A DNA stretch of 64,000 nucleotides from Candidatus Woesearchaeota archaeon (GCA_013330595.1 DUIB01000009.1:74-64073), one strand, 5' to 3'. Shown: positions 49,955 to 60,959, counted from the first letter of the stretch. The notes: a model not told the origin generated them from the sequence alone. Numbers and translations are program-made.

Positions 49955-50094
49955 AGGTGTCGTTAGGATAGTTCTATATTTAAATCTTATCTTTTTATAG
50001 TGTTCACTATAAATTATATGGAAAACATATAAATAGTTATTATGCGACCACTATGTAATAACAAATTTATAAAAATCATTAGGGGGAAAATAAA

Positions 50095-50838
50095 ATGGCA
50101 AGTAAAAAAGAATTTTATGATGCATTTTTTAGTATGGCAAAAAATTATGATGCTAAGACAGGCATAAAACATAATGAAGAAGATCTGCAGAAATTCACGG
50201 GACAGATCAATGATCTTATTAATACAGAAGGTCATAGATATGGTGTTAAAAAGAATCTTGAGAGCAAGATTAATACAATGAATAAGAATATTCTTTTAAT
50301 ATCTAACTTCGATAAAGATCCTAAAGCAGAGTATTTGACAAAGCCAGTTGAATTCTATTTGGAGGCTGAGGATTCATATAACTCTGTTCAACAAGAAGGC
50401 ATTCTTACAGACTTTGAGATTAGCAATTATAGAAATCAAATTGAATGGAATTTAACTAGTTACAAGAATTCAGTAAGGGAATCAGTTGACAATATAGTGA
50501 TAGACAATTCTGCAGACAAGGAGTTTGCTGTAAAGAAACTTAAAGCTTTCAGAGAAGCAATTCCTGAATTAAGAAATTATGGACTTGGTATTGATGAAAA
50601 TACTTTGAATGATAAGATCCAAGTATATGTAGATTCTCAGATTGGCGATGATATGGTAATGATAGAATTAGCAGAAGGAAATACGAAACCTTTGACAAAT
50701 AATTCTAAGAATAGGATACAGGGATCATATGAAAAAATAATGAAAAAATTGGAGACAATAGAAAATGAATTAGGAATTACATTAAGTGAAAATAGAGAAT
50801 CACTTGAAACATCATATAAAAGCATAATGAGTAGGTGA
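50095..50838 (+). CDS. Hypothetical protein
   Basis: 247-aa ORF; TATA and purine-rich SD upstream. Confidence 0.6.
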   Translation: MASKKEFYDAFFSMAKNYDAKTGIKHNEEDLQKFTGQINDLINTEGHRYGVKKNLESKINTMNKNILLISNFDKDPKAEYLTKPVEFYLEAEDSYNSVQQEGILTDFEISNYRNQIEWNLTSYKNSVRESVDNIVIDNSADKEFAVKKLKAFREAIPELRNYGLGIDENTLNDKIQVYVDSQIGDDMVMIELAEGNTKPLTNNSKNRIQGSYEKIMKKLETIENELGITLSENRESLETSYKSIMSR

Positions 50839-50842
50839 AAAA

Positions 50843-52048
50843 ATGACATGGCATAAAGAATCTAAAAGATCAGGTTGGAAGAAATGGGTTATAGGTGGTA
50901 TGATTATAGTTTCAGGAGCATACCTGGGAGTTAAAAATTGGATATGCAGTCCAGCTGCTGATGAGCAAAACAAACCTAAGATAGAGATTGATTCATCAAA
51001 ACAGTATTTTCCAGGATTTAATGTTCCTGTTGATAATTTACAGGATTCGAATGTTGTTAATCTTCCAGGATTTGAAGTTCCTGTTGATACAATAAAAGAT
51101 ACAACAAACCAAGTAATAATCCCGCAGATAATTCTTCCAAAGTCAGATTCAACATATGTTGATTCTTCAAAAGTGGATTCAATAGTTATATCTGGAGATA
51201 CAGTGTCTGTTGTAAAGAGTTTCAAAGATTTGACTTTTGATCAATATCTTAAAGTTGCTAAGCAAAAAGGCTATACTGGAATCGCTGAGTTGATAACAGG
51301 AAGAAAAATGACTTCAGCAGATTATCATGGGATAATCAAGGATCTTGCAGCAATTGGTGGATCAGAAATTTTTAAGGAAGATAAAGCATGGGAATCAAAG
51401 CATACAAGGCCTAGGTATAAGAATAACAACATTAATGATAAGGCATTTGAATCTCAAATAAAGAAAGTATATGATGCATTACATAAGGATGTTAAGTCAA
51501 ATAATAAACCTGTTTCAGGCAGTGCTAAAACATCCAAGCCGGCCGAATCAATTGAAAATAAAATATCTGAAGATTCTAGTGTAGTCAAAGATAGTTCAAA
51601 TAAATCATTATATAGCATCTATATGCGTCATAGAAACATTGAGAATAAAGTCATTGATGAAACAACATTACATCAATGGAATGATGATTACACATCAGGA
51701 TTAAACGAAGTTGCTTCTCTTTATTCGAGCGCAATAAATTCAGGAAAATCTCATTATCAGGCACTGGATTTTGCTGCTGATGAAGCTAGCCTTGCAGCTA
51801 TCCAAAACAAAAATGATGCATTGAAGGCCATCTATGAGGCACAATCCCTGGGCAACAATACAATTGTAAATAGATGGAATTCAAAAAGGGTCGACAAAAC
51901 ACAAGTTATTGAATTTATCAAGCAGTATGATCAAGGCAAAAAATCAGAGAATAAGAAATACACACAAAAAGAATTGACAGCTGCTATTGCAGAACATTAT
52001 AAACAAACAATGAGTGTAAGCACTCTAAGAAATTACTTGAGGGCATAA
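50843..52048 (+). CDS. Membrane-anchored hypothetical protein
   Basis: N-terminal TM; short PGF.VPVD repeat; possible C-terminal HTH (SVSTLRNYL). Confidence 0.6.
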   Translation: MTWHKESKRSGWKKWVIGGMIIVSGAYLGVKNWICSPAADEQNKPKIEIDSSKQYFPGFNVPVDNLQDSNVVNLPGFEVPVDTIKDTTNQVIIPQIILPKSDSTYVDSSKVDSIVISGDTVSVVKSFKDLTFDQYLKVAKQKGYTGIAELITGRKMTSADYHGIIKDLAAIGGSEIFKEDKAWESKHTRPRYKNNNINDKAFESQIKKVYDALHKDVKSNNKPVSGSAKTSKPAESIENKISEDSSVVKDSSNKSLYSIYMRHRNIENKVIDETTLHQWNDDYTSGLNEVASLYSSAINSGKSHYQALDFAADEASLAAIQNKNDALKAIYEAQSLGNNTIVNRWNSKRVDKTQVIEFIKQYDQGKKSENKKYTQKELTAAIAEHYKQTMSVSTLRNYLRA

Positions 52049-52049
52049 A

Positions 52050-52784
52050 ATGAATAAACTAATAATTCCATTATTTGCTTTTTTTAGCTTTATTGCATAC
52101 CAAGGATGTAATAGTAATCATTCTACATCACAGAATCAACCTACGCCTGCAGTTGAACAGGAGAGCCTTGAAGATATTGCCAAGAGAGAAGAGAAGAGAA
52201 TTGATAGTCTTCGAACTATTCAAGAAGACAAGTATAATAGATTGATAGGTACAAATGATGCAGTATACGGATCGTTTCCTAAAAGACAGGGAGGAGTTGA
52301 ATTATATAAAATATTTAATAGTAGCGACCTTCTTTATATTCGCTGGGAAGATGAATCATTAGTTGTGGATCCTGATGATTATAAATATAAGGGAATGCTT
52401 AGACTAAAAATATATGTAGATCCATCATTAAACGACTCAGCAAAAGGTTCTAATACAAAAATAAATGCTGGAGATTGGCAGATGGATAATGCATTTCCGG
52501 GAACTTGGTTTAAAGATGTTCAGGTAGATTCAGAAATCGATACATCAAAAAAAACTTATAGATTAAGTGTTATTAATGGAAATAAATGCATCACTTATAA
52601 TTGTGTTATTGATCCTGATATTGAGATAGACAAAATAAGTGTTAATCAGGATGGAAATAAAAGACAATATAATATTAATAATATCGATAATGAATTAGCA
52701 CAAGAGCAAAGAGATTTATTCGATCTCTACATGAGTGCTTTAGAAAGATTAAAGAAAGACCAGGTGCGAGCAGATTTAAATTAA
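52050..52784 (+). CDS. Putative lipoprotein
   Basis: MNK, hydrophobic stretch, then GC. Confidence 0.6.
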   Translation: MNKLIIPLFAFFSFIAYQGCNSNHSTSQNQPTPAVEQESLEDIAKREEKRIDSLRTIQEDKYNRLIGTNDAVYGSFPKRQGGVELYKIFNSSDLLYIRWEDESLVVDPDDYKYKGMLRLKIYVDPSLNDSAKGSNTKINAGDWQMDNAFPGTWFKDVQVDSEIDTSKKTYRLSVINGNKCITYNCVIDPDIEIDKISVNQDGNKRQYNINNIDNELAQEQRDLFDLYMSALERLKKDQVRADLN

Positions 52785-52785
52785 A

Positions 52786-52995
52786 TCATTTTTTCAAAAC
52801 TTTTTTAGTATGTTGTTTTAGATGTTCAAAGATCTGGTCTTCTACTGATTGGATCTTTTCTTTTTCCTTTTGATCTGAAGAATAGAATTCATTTAATTGT
52901 TTATGTGTTTTCTTTCTTGATTCGTTTTTCCTGTGCTCTTGCTTTTTTTTATGCACAATAAATGTTTTAGCCATGATTTGTGTAAAACTTACCAT
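52786..52995 (-). CDS. Small basic hypothetical protein
   Basis: 69-aa ORF with a BRE/TATA-like element upstream. Confidence 0.4.
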   Translation of the reverse strand: MVSFTQIMAKTFIVHKKKQEHRKNESRKKTHKQLNEFYSSDQKEKEKIQSVEDQIFEHLKQHTKKVLKK

Positions 52996-53100
52996 ATTAT
53001 ATTTTTAATGGTTTCGTCACCAACTCCTGACAATAGATTCTTCATTTTAGAATGGTTACAAACGAAAACTTTAAATAAAGACAGGGTTTCTCATCATTAA

Positions 53101-53185
53101 GAAAAAGCGGTGTCATTTCTATACTCATACTCACCTCTTTTTCCCAGGAAGACCTTTCGCAAGAGGGGTTTTCCGGGGTTTATTC
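53101..53185 (+). ncRNA. Candidate small structured RNA (two hairpins, GCAA tetraloop)
   Basis: CGAAAA-C-TTTAAATA promoter at 53063-53077 with no downstream ORF; gaaaaagcggtg/cacctctttttc and ggaagacctttc-gcaa-gaggggttttcc. Confidence 0.5.
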
Positions 53186-54969
53186 TTTAAAGATTTTTTA
53201 TCCTCATTCTTTATTCTTATCTTCAATATCATCAATAAAACAATTACTGTAAAACATGTTCCTATGATCAATCCTAGAACAAATCCTTGAATAACTCTTG
53301 GATCAATGCTTTTTTTAGGCTGTATCACCTGTATCGCACCATTCTTCTTTATCGGCAGATACATATCCAGATTGCTTAATTCAAGAGCATATTCTGCATA
53401 TAATAAACTTGAATAAGGATCAGAATCTCTTAATGTTTTTGAATATTCATAATAGCTGTATCCGAGAATAGGGAAGATATCATGAGATTGCTGCTCTGCA
53501 ATACTGTTTTCAGCAGCAGCTATCTTATCATTGACTAATTGCGCAAAATTCTCCTTAGTAACTGAAATAGCGCTTAACACAACATCGGCATCTGCTTTTG
53601 CCTTTGATGCGGTATAGATGCATAATGCATAATCCTTTGATTCATAATAGGAATATGCTTTTTTCAGATCAGCCCTATCAACTTCAGGAAGATAAATCTG
53701 TAAGTAGCTCAATCTTTCTTCTGTCTCTGCAATCTTATTATTGCAGGCTATTGCCAAAGCATCATTATCCTGCACAAAACTTTTTCCTTGAATATCAAAG
53801 AATTTGCTCCAGATAACAGCTGTATTATATCTTTCAATGGCATATCCTAGGTCTGAATAGCTTATATTTTCCGGGTTTTGGTCTCTTAAGACCTGTTTGG
53901 AATCCTCTATTCTTTCCTTGACAATCATGTATGTCTCAAGCTCTGATAACGTTGTGATTGATTTTGATTTTTCATTTAACTTTAATTCAAATATAGAAAT
54001 GTCTCCTAATGTTTTTGCATATTCTTGCTTTAATTTTTTACTACTATGATTCTTCAATGATTCTCTTGTTAATCTTACATTGCCGGCAAAACAAAAACTT
54101 GCAGCACTATAATATGAGTTATTATTTATTGCATCCACAGCCATAGTATAATAATCTTTTTTAGTTTCATTAATTGATATGTTGGTTTGATTATTTGTGA
54201 TATTTATTTTGCTGCTTACATCTTCTTTTATTAATTCTGAAAGATTTGGCATGATAATTGTTCCATTTTTCATGCTTCCATATTTAGTGCATAAATCAAT
54301 AGTTATTTGCTTCATTAGATTATCGTATTCTGGAATTGATTTTATTTCTGAATGATTCTTTTTATAATCCTTTCCTGTAAACTCAAATAAAGCCTCTTCA
54401 AGAGTTGAAACCTGAACAACCCTAATTGATAAATTATTGGAATTATTAAAGAAATCCCATTTAGGTATAAGGACTTTTTCAAAACCACTTTTTTGTGCAG
54501 CATAAGTCTTTGCATTTATGCCAGCAACAGGCCCAATAAGATTTCCGGAATTTATTGTTCCTGTCATAATGACTTTTTCATTTATATTTTGATCATCTAG
54601 CATTGATAATGTCAATACTGTTGCAGCAGCTCCTGCACTTGGGCCTCCAACAATAGCAGAATTAGCCCTTATAGTATAGAAGAAATCATATCCTGAACAA
54701 TCTTTCTCAAGGAAATCACATGCAATTTCAGCTGCAAATCTCATTGTTATCTGGGTGTCAAGTCTTGATAATGGGAATGAATCAATAAATATTCTTCCTG
54801 ATCCTGGCTTGATTAATAAGTTGAGGTCAGCAACACCTCCTTGTTCTAATGCTGTTTCATTTGATGTCTCTGATACTGTCAATAAATTAATGTGTCCATT
54901 TTCCAAATATGCAAGACTTGTTGTTGATAAAACCAACAATGCAATTATCCAGATCAATATTTTTTTCAT
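53131..54969 (-). CDS. Archaeal S16 (Lon-like) serine protease, secreted/membrane-anchored
   Basis: Signal peptide; GGPSAGAA; TGTIN....GPVAG...K dyad; C-terminal TM. Confidence 0.88.
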   Translation of the reverse strand: MKKILIWIIALLVLSTTSLAYLENGHINLLTVSETSNETALEQGGVADLNLLIKPGSGRIFIDSFPLSRLDTQITMRFAAEIACDFLEKDCSGYDFFYTIRANSAIVGGPSAGAAATVLTLSMLDDQNINEKVIMTGTINSGNLIGPVAGINAKTYAAQKSGFEKVLIPKWDFFNNSNNLSIRVVQVSTLEEALFEFTGKDYKKNHSEIKSIPEYDNLMKQITIDLCTKYGSMKNGTIIMPNLSELIKEDVSSKINITNNQTNISINETKKDYYTMAVDAINNNSYYSAASFCFAGNVRLTRESLKNHSSKKLKQEYAKTLGDISIFELKLNEKSKSITTLSELETYMIVKERIEDSKQVLRDQNPENISYSDLGYAIERYNTAVIWSKFFDIQGKSFVQDNDALAIACNNKIAETEERLSYLQIYLPEVDRADLKKAYSYYESKDYALCIYTASKAKADADVVLSAISVTKENFAQLVNDKIAAAENSIAEQQSHDIFPILGYSYYEYSKTLRDSDPYSSLLYAEYALELSNLDMYLPIKKNGAIQVIQPKKSIDPRVIQGFVLGLIIGTCFTVIVLLMILKIRIKNEDKKSLKNKPRKTPLAKGLPGKKR

Positions 54970-55556
54970 GTTTTCTCTTTATACCGCCCTCTTTTCTCAA
55001 CTTCTTCAAGTCGTAAAAGTATTTCTTTCTTATCTTTAGGATTATATGTTTTCAGGAAGTATTTATATGCTTTATTCATGACTCTGAAATGCTTGCTTTC
55101 AAGAGCCTGCCTGAATAAATGGATATCAACAGCCTTATCCTCTATTCTTGTGCTGTTGAAACTTAATCCGAAATCAATGAAGAACAATTTCTTGTTTTTG
55201 AGGATCATGTTTGATGTTGTCAAGTCTCCATGGATGATGTTATTATTGTGCATGATTGTTAAGTTCTTTCCAATCATATCTGCATATTTAGGATTCTTAT
55301 CCAGAAGCTTTTTCAATTGTGTTCCATCAATGTTCTCCATCTCAATATCATATTCTTTGATATTTATTAGCTTAGGAACATCCATTCCAAGTAGTTTTAA
55401 TTTCTCTAGGATTTTAGCTTCTTTTTTTGTCCTTGATCTCCTCAATGGAATATCTATCTCTTTTAGTCTGTATGCTTTTTCTATTCTCTGCTTTTCGATA
55501 TTCTTATTGCTATTGATTAATATTACTGCTTCTGCTCCAGAACCAATCTGCCTCAT
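54966..55556 (-). CDS. bud32: KEOPS complex kinase
   Basis: GAEA, K.R..K.YR, RT..EA, HGDLTTSN, IDFGL, EDKAVD, RGRY. Confidence 0.93.
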   Translation of the reverse strand: MRQIGSGAEAVILINSNKNIEKQRIEKAYRLKEIDIPLRRSRTKKEAKILEKLKLLGMDVPKLINIKEYDIEMENIDGTQLKKLLDKNPKYADMIGKNLTIMHNNNIIHGDLTTSNMILKNKKLFFIDFGLSFNSTRIEDKAVDIHLFRQALESKHFRVMNKAYKYFLKTYNPKDKKEILLRLEEVEKRGRYKEKT

Positions 55557-55600
55557 TCAGAAATGGAATTATAAGGGCTTTTTAAGTGTTATGGAAGATA

Positions 55601-55744
55601 TTATTCTTCACCTAAGAACAATTCATCTAGCTCATATCTTGAGAGCTTTGTCTTGTTTAATACAGCCATCTTTGGCTTTCTACCATGCTCTCCTCTTATC
55701 TCATCAAATTCAAAATTCTTATTTTCATCCTCTTCGAATGCCAA
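55601..55744 (-). CDS. 47-aa acidic microprotein (MAFEEDENKNFEFDEIRGEHGRKPKMAVLNKTKLSRYELDELFLGEE)
   Basis: TTG start after GGGGGT; own BRE/TATA with upstream palindrome at 55812-55849; not in the ORF track. Confidence 0.5.
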   Translation of the reverse strand: MAFEEDENKNFEFDEIRGEHGRKPKMAVLNKTKLSRYELDELFLGEE

Positions 55745-55878
55745 TTTTATAACCCCCAACGATATAATTGAAATCGCATTGAATCTCGATACAAATACAT
55801 AGAATTTTGATATTTATAAAGTTTACGGTTCATAACTACTCTAGAGTGAATAACCTTTATTTTGTATTAAAGCGAATT

Positions 55879-56789
55879 GACCTAAAATAGTAAACTTTAT
55901 ATTATAGTTCATCTCTGTGTTTATAGAGGTGAATTTTATGCGTAAAGCCACAAGATTAGATGTTGTATGCCCAAATCGTTCTTGTCGTTGTTTTAACAAA
56001 CTTGGTTTGTTAAATGTAATTCGAAAAGGAAAACAAAAAAACGGCACAATTCGTTATCAGTGTACTGATTGCAAAAGAACTTTTGCAAGGACAATAAATA
56101 CGCTTTTTTTTCGCAAACATCTGAGCAAAAAAGAAATCATTGCGATAAGCAAACAGTTTGTTGAGAAAAATAGTTTTAGAGGAGTTGCAAGAAGCACAGG
56201 GCATCATCTTGATACGGTTAGAAAATTAGCAACAGATGTTGCTAATCATTGCGAACAAATCAATGATTTCTTATTGCATGATGTAAAATTAGGCACACAT
56301 GAAATTGATGAGTTTTGGAGTTTTGTTAAAAAAAACAAAAAAATGTTACCGAAAAATTTTTCCTAAACACTGAAGAAAGCAATGCATACTCATACTTAGA
56401 CATTAAAAGAGAAACAAGACTAATCGTTGCATTTTCCGTCGGTAAATGGATACAAGAAACAAGCAATCAAAGATAAAAAAGAACAAATAATTTACGGAGC
56501 ACATAAAAGAAAAATCTTAGGCAACCCTTCTTTTGAAGAAATAAACATAGCTTACGTTGATGGGCTATGTTCTGCATTAAGAGAAAGAATGAAATTCTCA
56601 GTAAGAGAAGCAAAAACATTCGCCAAAAAAAGAAAAACAATCAAAGAACTGCTTGATATTTATCAAGCATATAATAACTTGATATTTGCCAAAAAAGGAC
56701 AAACACCTTGCATGAAAGAAAATATGGTTTCAAAAATCTGGTCATGGAGTGAATTATTGCATAAAAGACTAACAACATTTAACTAGGTC
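55879..56789 (+). mobile_element. IS1-family insertion sequence, internally deleted
   Basis: InsA-like Zn ribbon plus HTH (55938-56366); DEFWSFV followed by an A8C slippery site (56328-56336); -1 frame stops at 56474; short gaccta/taggtc ends. Confidence 0.75.
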
Positions 56790-57601
56790 GGTTTCCAGAT
56801 TATGCACAATATGTAAAAGAACAGATCGGAAATAAACATTTTGAGGATCTAAAAAAAATAGAAATAAGATTAGGTATAAATCTTAATCTCTCTGATTCGA
56901 ACAGTGGATGGGTAGCTGAGTTTAATGATATAGAAGAAAGATCAAAAAAAGAAATACCATTTATACTTAAACATTCAAAAGAGAATCCAAAAATACTTGA
57001 CAGTTGTTTAGGTTCAGGATCGACCTCTATTGGTCTGAAACTTTATGGGATAGAAGATGCTATCTCGAATGATATAGAAGAAGATCTTGTCAACTTTTCT
57101 ATAAGAGAAGCTGAGAAGATAGGAATTGAGCTGGATATAACAAGATATGACTGGAGAGAATTAAATAAATATTTTCACGATAAATTTGACATTGTGTGTT
57201 GTTTAGGTAATTCTCTAACATACTTATTCAAAAAAGAGGATCGGATAAAAACACTAAGCAATTTTCATTATTCATTAAAAAGAGATGGAAAATTAATTAT
57301 TGACGAAAGAAATTATGCAGAGATATTAAAAGGCAACTTCAGAACAACAGGCAAGGGACCATATACAGGATATGATAATGTTAAAATACAACCAATTTAT
57401 TATGAAAATAATATTTTAATAATGCAGTATAGTACAAAAAATAATAAAACATATCATTTGATATTATATCCATTCAAAGAAGGAGAATTAGAGAGTTTGC
57501 TTAGAGAATCAGGCTTCAAAAATATTAAGAAGTACGGGGATTATGAAGAAAAATATAACTCAAAAGAAGTCGAGTTTTATACTTATGTTACAGAAAAATA
57601 A
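56789..57601 (+). pseudogene. Glycine/sarcosine N-methyltransferase-like gene lacking a start codon next to the IS
   Basis: Open frame from the IS edge: LDSCLGSG, YDWREL, FD...CLGNSLTYL, D.RNY, GF....YGD. Confidence 0.7.
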
Positions 57602-57706
57602 GATAAAAGAGCATTGATGATACTTTTCATCATATGATGAGTCTATTCAATACTATAGATTCACATTTTTCAAAACATTAATAAATTTCTTCGATTAAAC
57701 ATCATT

Positions 57707-58318
57707 ATGACCATATTCTTTCCAGGTATAGCGGGGGATTATGAATCTGTATTAGATGGAAGAGCATCAGGAGGATTGATAATCAATGATTCATTGATCA
57801 TTGACCCAGGCATAGGATTTCTTATTAAATCTGGATTGAAGAATGCAGACCAGATTCTCATATCTGACAAGGATCTATTGTATTGCAATGATGCAAATGC
57901 CATAATTAAAAGATTCAATGCAAAGATTGTCAGTGAGACAGATGATATAAAGCAGATCGGGAATTCTTTTAAAATACTGACTAACAAATACTTTCTAGGA
58001 TATATACATAATCCTAAATTGACAAAAGCATTCGCAGAGGAATTCAAGGATATGAACATCCTTGTCATAAGGACTGAATCAACCTCTATAGAAGACATGA
58101 TAAATCTTATTGAATATGTAAATCCTGAATTAGCAATATTGACAGGATTCAGGCATAATATTGATCCACTATTATTTTCTAGACATGTAAAGGATGAATT
58201 AAAGAAATATAAGGAGCATCTAAAGACACAGATAATAGCAGCAAAAGACGGAATGAAGATCAATCCAGATTCATATAATATAAAAATAAGGCAGAAGAGC
58301 TTGAAAGGATTCATATGA
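57707..58318 (+). CDS. Degenerate metallo-beta-lactamase-fold protein
   Basis: RASGG...IIDPG; metal-binding His residues absent. Confidence 0.55.
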   Translation: MTIFFPGIAGDYESVLDGRASGGLIINDSLIIDPGIGFLIKSGLKNADQILISDKDLLYCNDANAIIKRFNAKIVSETDDIKQIGNSFKILTNKYFLGYIHNPKLTKAFAEEFKDMNILVIRTESTSIEDMINLIEYVNPELAILTGFRHNIDPLLFSRHVKDELKKYKEHLKTQIIAAKDGMKINPDSYNIKIRQKSLKGFI

Positions 58319-58686
58319 AAGCTCTCTCATTAAAACAGCCGTTTGCTGAACTTGTTGTATCTGGAAAGAAAAAGATTGAACTAAGGAAATGGAACACAAA
58401 ATTCAGAGGAGAATTCCTGATACATGCATCAAAGATTCCTGATAAAAAATCAATGGAAAAATTCGGATTCAAGGAATTGCCATTAGGATGTATTGTCGGA
58501 AAAGCAAGGCTTGTTGATGTGAAGCATTACGCAAATGATGCAAAAAGAGCCAAGGATAAATCATTGCATCTTGCTGATGGAGATTGGGGAGATTATGGAT
58601 TCATATTAAAAGATGCTAGGAAAATAAAGACAATACCTATTAAAGGTAAACTTGGGTTCTGGGATGCTGGAGTAATGAGGACTTAA
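58315..58686 (+). CDS. ASCH domain protein
   Basis: ALSLKQPFA.LV..GKK.IE.R.W....RG...IHA; KGKLGFW. Confidence 0.9.
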   Translation: MKALSLKQPFAELVVSGKKKIELRKWNTKFRGEFLIHASKIPDKKSMEKFGFKELPLGCIVGKARLVDVKHYANDAKRAKDKSLHLADGDWGDYGFILKDARKIKTIPIKGKLGFWDAGVMRT

Positions 58687-58687
58687 A

Positions 58688-60070
58688 ATGCAAACTATTG
58701 ATTTAGTGATAATATTTGCCTATCTGATAGGATTGTTTATTTTTGCAATATACATTGGAAGAAAATCAAACTTGGATAATTATCTTGTTGCTGGAAGGAA
58801 ATTCAAGACAATATTCTTAGTATTTACTACATTATCAACAATGGTTGGCTTAAGTACAGTAATTGCAGCGGCATCAGCCACATATTCAAGCGGGATATCA
58901 TTCATTGCCATGGCAACATGTCTTATTATGACTGGCTATGTGCTAGTTTTTTTATTTGCTAAAAAAATCAAGATATTCGGAGATAAATTTAAAGCCCATA
59001 CAATGGGTGATTTCTTAGCAGTCAGGTACTCTCAGCGTGCAAGAGTAGTTGGGAGCATTGCAATAATTATATCTTATTTTATATTCTTTGCAGGATTGCT
59101 TCTTGGACTTTCGCAAATATTCCAGATATTTAGCGGGACAGGATTGTTCTGGTCATTGGTATTTGCAATGCTTGGAGTAATAATTTACACAACAATATCT
59201 GGAATTAAAAGTGATTTCTATACTGATATAATACATTTCATTGTCATGATGATAGCATTAGTCATAATAATGATCCCGATAATGCTCATAAAAACCGGAG
59301 GCTGGGCATTATTCAGTAATTTGCCGAATGGCTTTACAAATATATATAATTTTGGAGGAGCAGGATTTTTCTGGTTTGGAATACTATTAGGATTTCCTGT
59401 ATTTCTGCTCTATATGGAAATATGGCAGAGAATTTATGCAAGTAATAATCCTAAAACTGCAAGAAAAATAATAGCATGGTCTGCAGCACTTACAATACCT
59501 TTCCTTTTGATAGCATTAATAGTTGGTTTAGCTGCAAGAAAATTTTTGCCTAATATCAATCCAGATTATTCATTTCTGCTTGTGATAAAAACATTCCTTC
59601 CTGCAGGATTGCTCGGTCTTGCTATTGCCGGATTGATTGCAACAATACTTTCAACTTTGAACACTACGATAATGGTAATAAGCGCAATATTCACAAAAGA
59701 CTTTTACATGACTTTTATAAACAAACATGCAAGTGATAAAAAATATTTAAGAGTCGGTAGGATAATAACTTTATGTGTTAGTGTTGTTGGCATATCTATT
59801 GCCTTTTTATTTCCAAACTTAGTAGAACTTGCAGTCGCAGCCAACGAAGGACTCATTGTTTTAGCTCCAGCAATAATTGGCGGATTCATCTGGAAGAGAG
59901 CAAATGAGAAAGCAGCATTCTATTCCATATTGATAGGATTGATTATCTTATGGGGATCATATGCATTCATAGGAAAATACTCATTCATACCTGCATGTAT
60001 TGCGTCATTGATATTGTATATAGCAATATCATTATCTTCAAATCAGCAACACAATAACCCATCCGGTTAA
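58688..60070 (+). CDS. Sodium:solute symporter family protein
   Basis: YLVAGR, T..DFL..RY, YT..SG....YTD, WQR..A, A..ST. Confidence 0.9.
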   Translation: MQTIDLVIIFAYLIGLFIFAIYIGRKSNLDNYLVAGRKFKTIFLVFTTLSTMVGLSTVIAAASATYSSGISFIAMATCLIMTGYVLVFLFAKKIKIFGDKFKAHTMGDFLAVRYSQRARVVGSIAIIISYFIFFAGLLLGLSQIFQIFSGTGLFWSLVFAMLGVIIYTTISGIKSDFYTDIIHFIVMMIALVIIMIPIMLIKTGGWALFSNLPNGFTNIYNFGGAGFFWFGILLGFPVFLLYMEIWQRIYASNNPKTARKIIAWSAALTIPFLLIALIVGLAARKFLPNINPDYSFLLVIKTFLPAGLLGLAIAGLIATILSTLNTTIMVISAIFTKDFYMTFINKHASDKKYLRVGRIITLCVSVVGISIAFLFPNLVELAVAANEGLIVLAPAIIGGFIWKRANEKAAFYSILIGLIILWGSYAFIGKYSFIPACIASLILYIAISLSSNQQHNNPSG

Positions 60071-60088
60071 GTATCTTAGTGTGACAAA
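60038..60088 (-). repeat. Degenerate copy of the presenilin-gene 3' end (FVTLRYLTGWVIVLLI*)
   Basis: 43/51 nt identity to 62361-62411; overlaps the SSS gene end. Confidence 0.85.
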
Positions 60089-60158
60089 CAGGATTATCTG
60101 ACTTTAAGATAGTTCTTTCAACAGCAAAATTAATAAATTCCGTCAGGTATCCGGAATT

Positions 60159-60752
60159 ATGGCTAGAGGTTATGAACTAAAAAAGGATACTATCATCATT
60201 TACAGAGAACTTACTATGCTAGACCTGTTTTTAAAGAAATTTCTTGGGATCCTGAAAAAACACTCTGATTATTTGGTTGTGAGCGGTTTTGTAAGTATAT
60301 CAACAGGAAGAACAAGAGGAACAGAAGACATAGATGTCATCATTCCTGTAATGAGCAAAGACAGCTTTGATGAATTGCTCAATGATCTCATAAAAAATAA
60401 TTTTTGGTGCTATCAAGGAGACACTTCAAACGAGGTATTTGAATATATAAAAAATCTAGAAAGCGTGAGATTCGCTAAAGTCAATGAAATGTTCCCAAAT
60501 ATTGAATTAATCCCATTTAACAGCACAAAAAAAGCAAAATCATTCGAGTTCAATCATCCACAAAAAGTAAAAATAAAGAGTTTTGAGTTCAAGATTCCAC
60601 CAATAGAATTTGAAATCCTATACAAAGAGCTGGTGCTGGCAGGCAGAAAAGATGTGGAAGATGCAAGGCATTTAAGGATATTTTTTTCTGAAATAATTGA
60701 TGAAAGGAAATTCAAGGAATACAAACTTATAATACTTTGTGAACTGAAATGA
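60159..60752 (+). CDS. Nucleotidyltransferase family protein
   Basis: VSGF.....GR.RGTEDID; YK......KD.EDA.HL. Confidence 0.75.
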   Translation: MARGYELKKDTIIIYRELTMLDLFLKKFLGILKKHSDYLVVSGFVSISTGRTRGTEDIDVIIPVMSKDSFDELLNDLIKNNFWCYQGDTSNEVFEYIKNLESVRFAKVNEMFPNIELIPFNSTKKAKSFEFNHPQKVKIKSFEFKIPPIEFEILYKELVLAGRKDVEDARHLRIFFSEIIDERKFKEYKLIILCELK

Positions 60753-60946
60753 AAATACTCAATGAAATGGATTATGTTGAACTTTATGCCAAAAAATTAA
60801 AAATAGATAATAAGCTCTTTCATAATCAAAAAATGCTAATAAATTCCCAGATAGAAGGAAGCTCTTCCTTATTTAATAATATGTTCAAGAAAAATTTTAA
60901 GCAACAGGCAAGAGAATATCTTAGGGGAATCGGATTAATAAATTAG
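60749..60946 (+). CDS. Small partner protein of the NTase
   Basis: ATGA overlap with the NTase stop. Confidence 0.55.
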   Translation: MKILNEMDYVELYAKKLKIDNKLFHNQKMLINSQIEGSSSLFNNMFKKNFKQQAREYLRGIGLIN

Positions 60947-60959
60947 GAGCTCATGAATT

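Noticed and set aside
55078..55752. 224-aa plus-strand ORF and similar long antisense ORFs (e.g. 57739-58314, 37124-37690, 39867-40385)
   Set aside because: Shadows of well-supported genes on the opposite strand; no motifs
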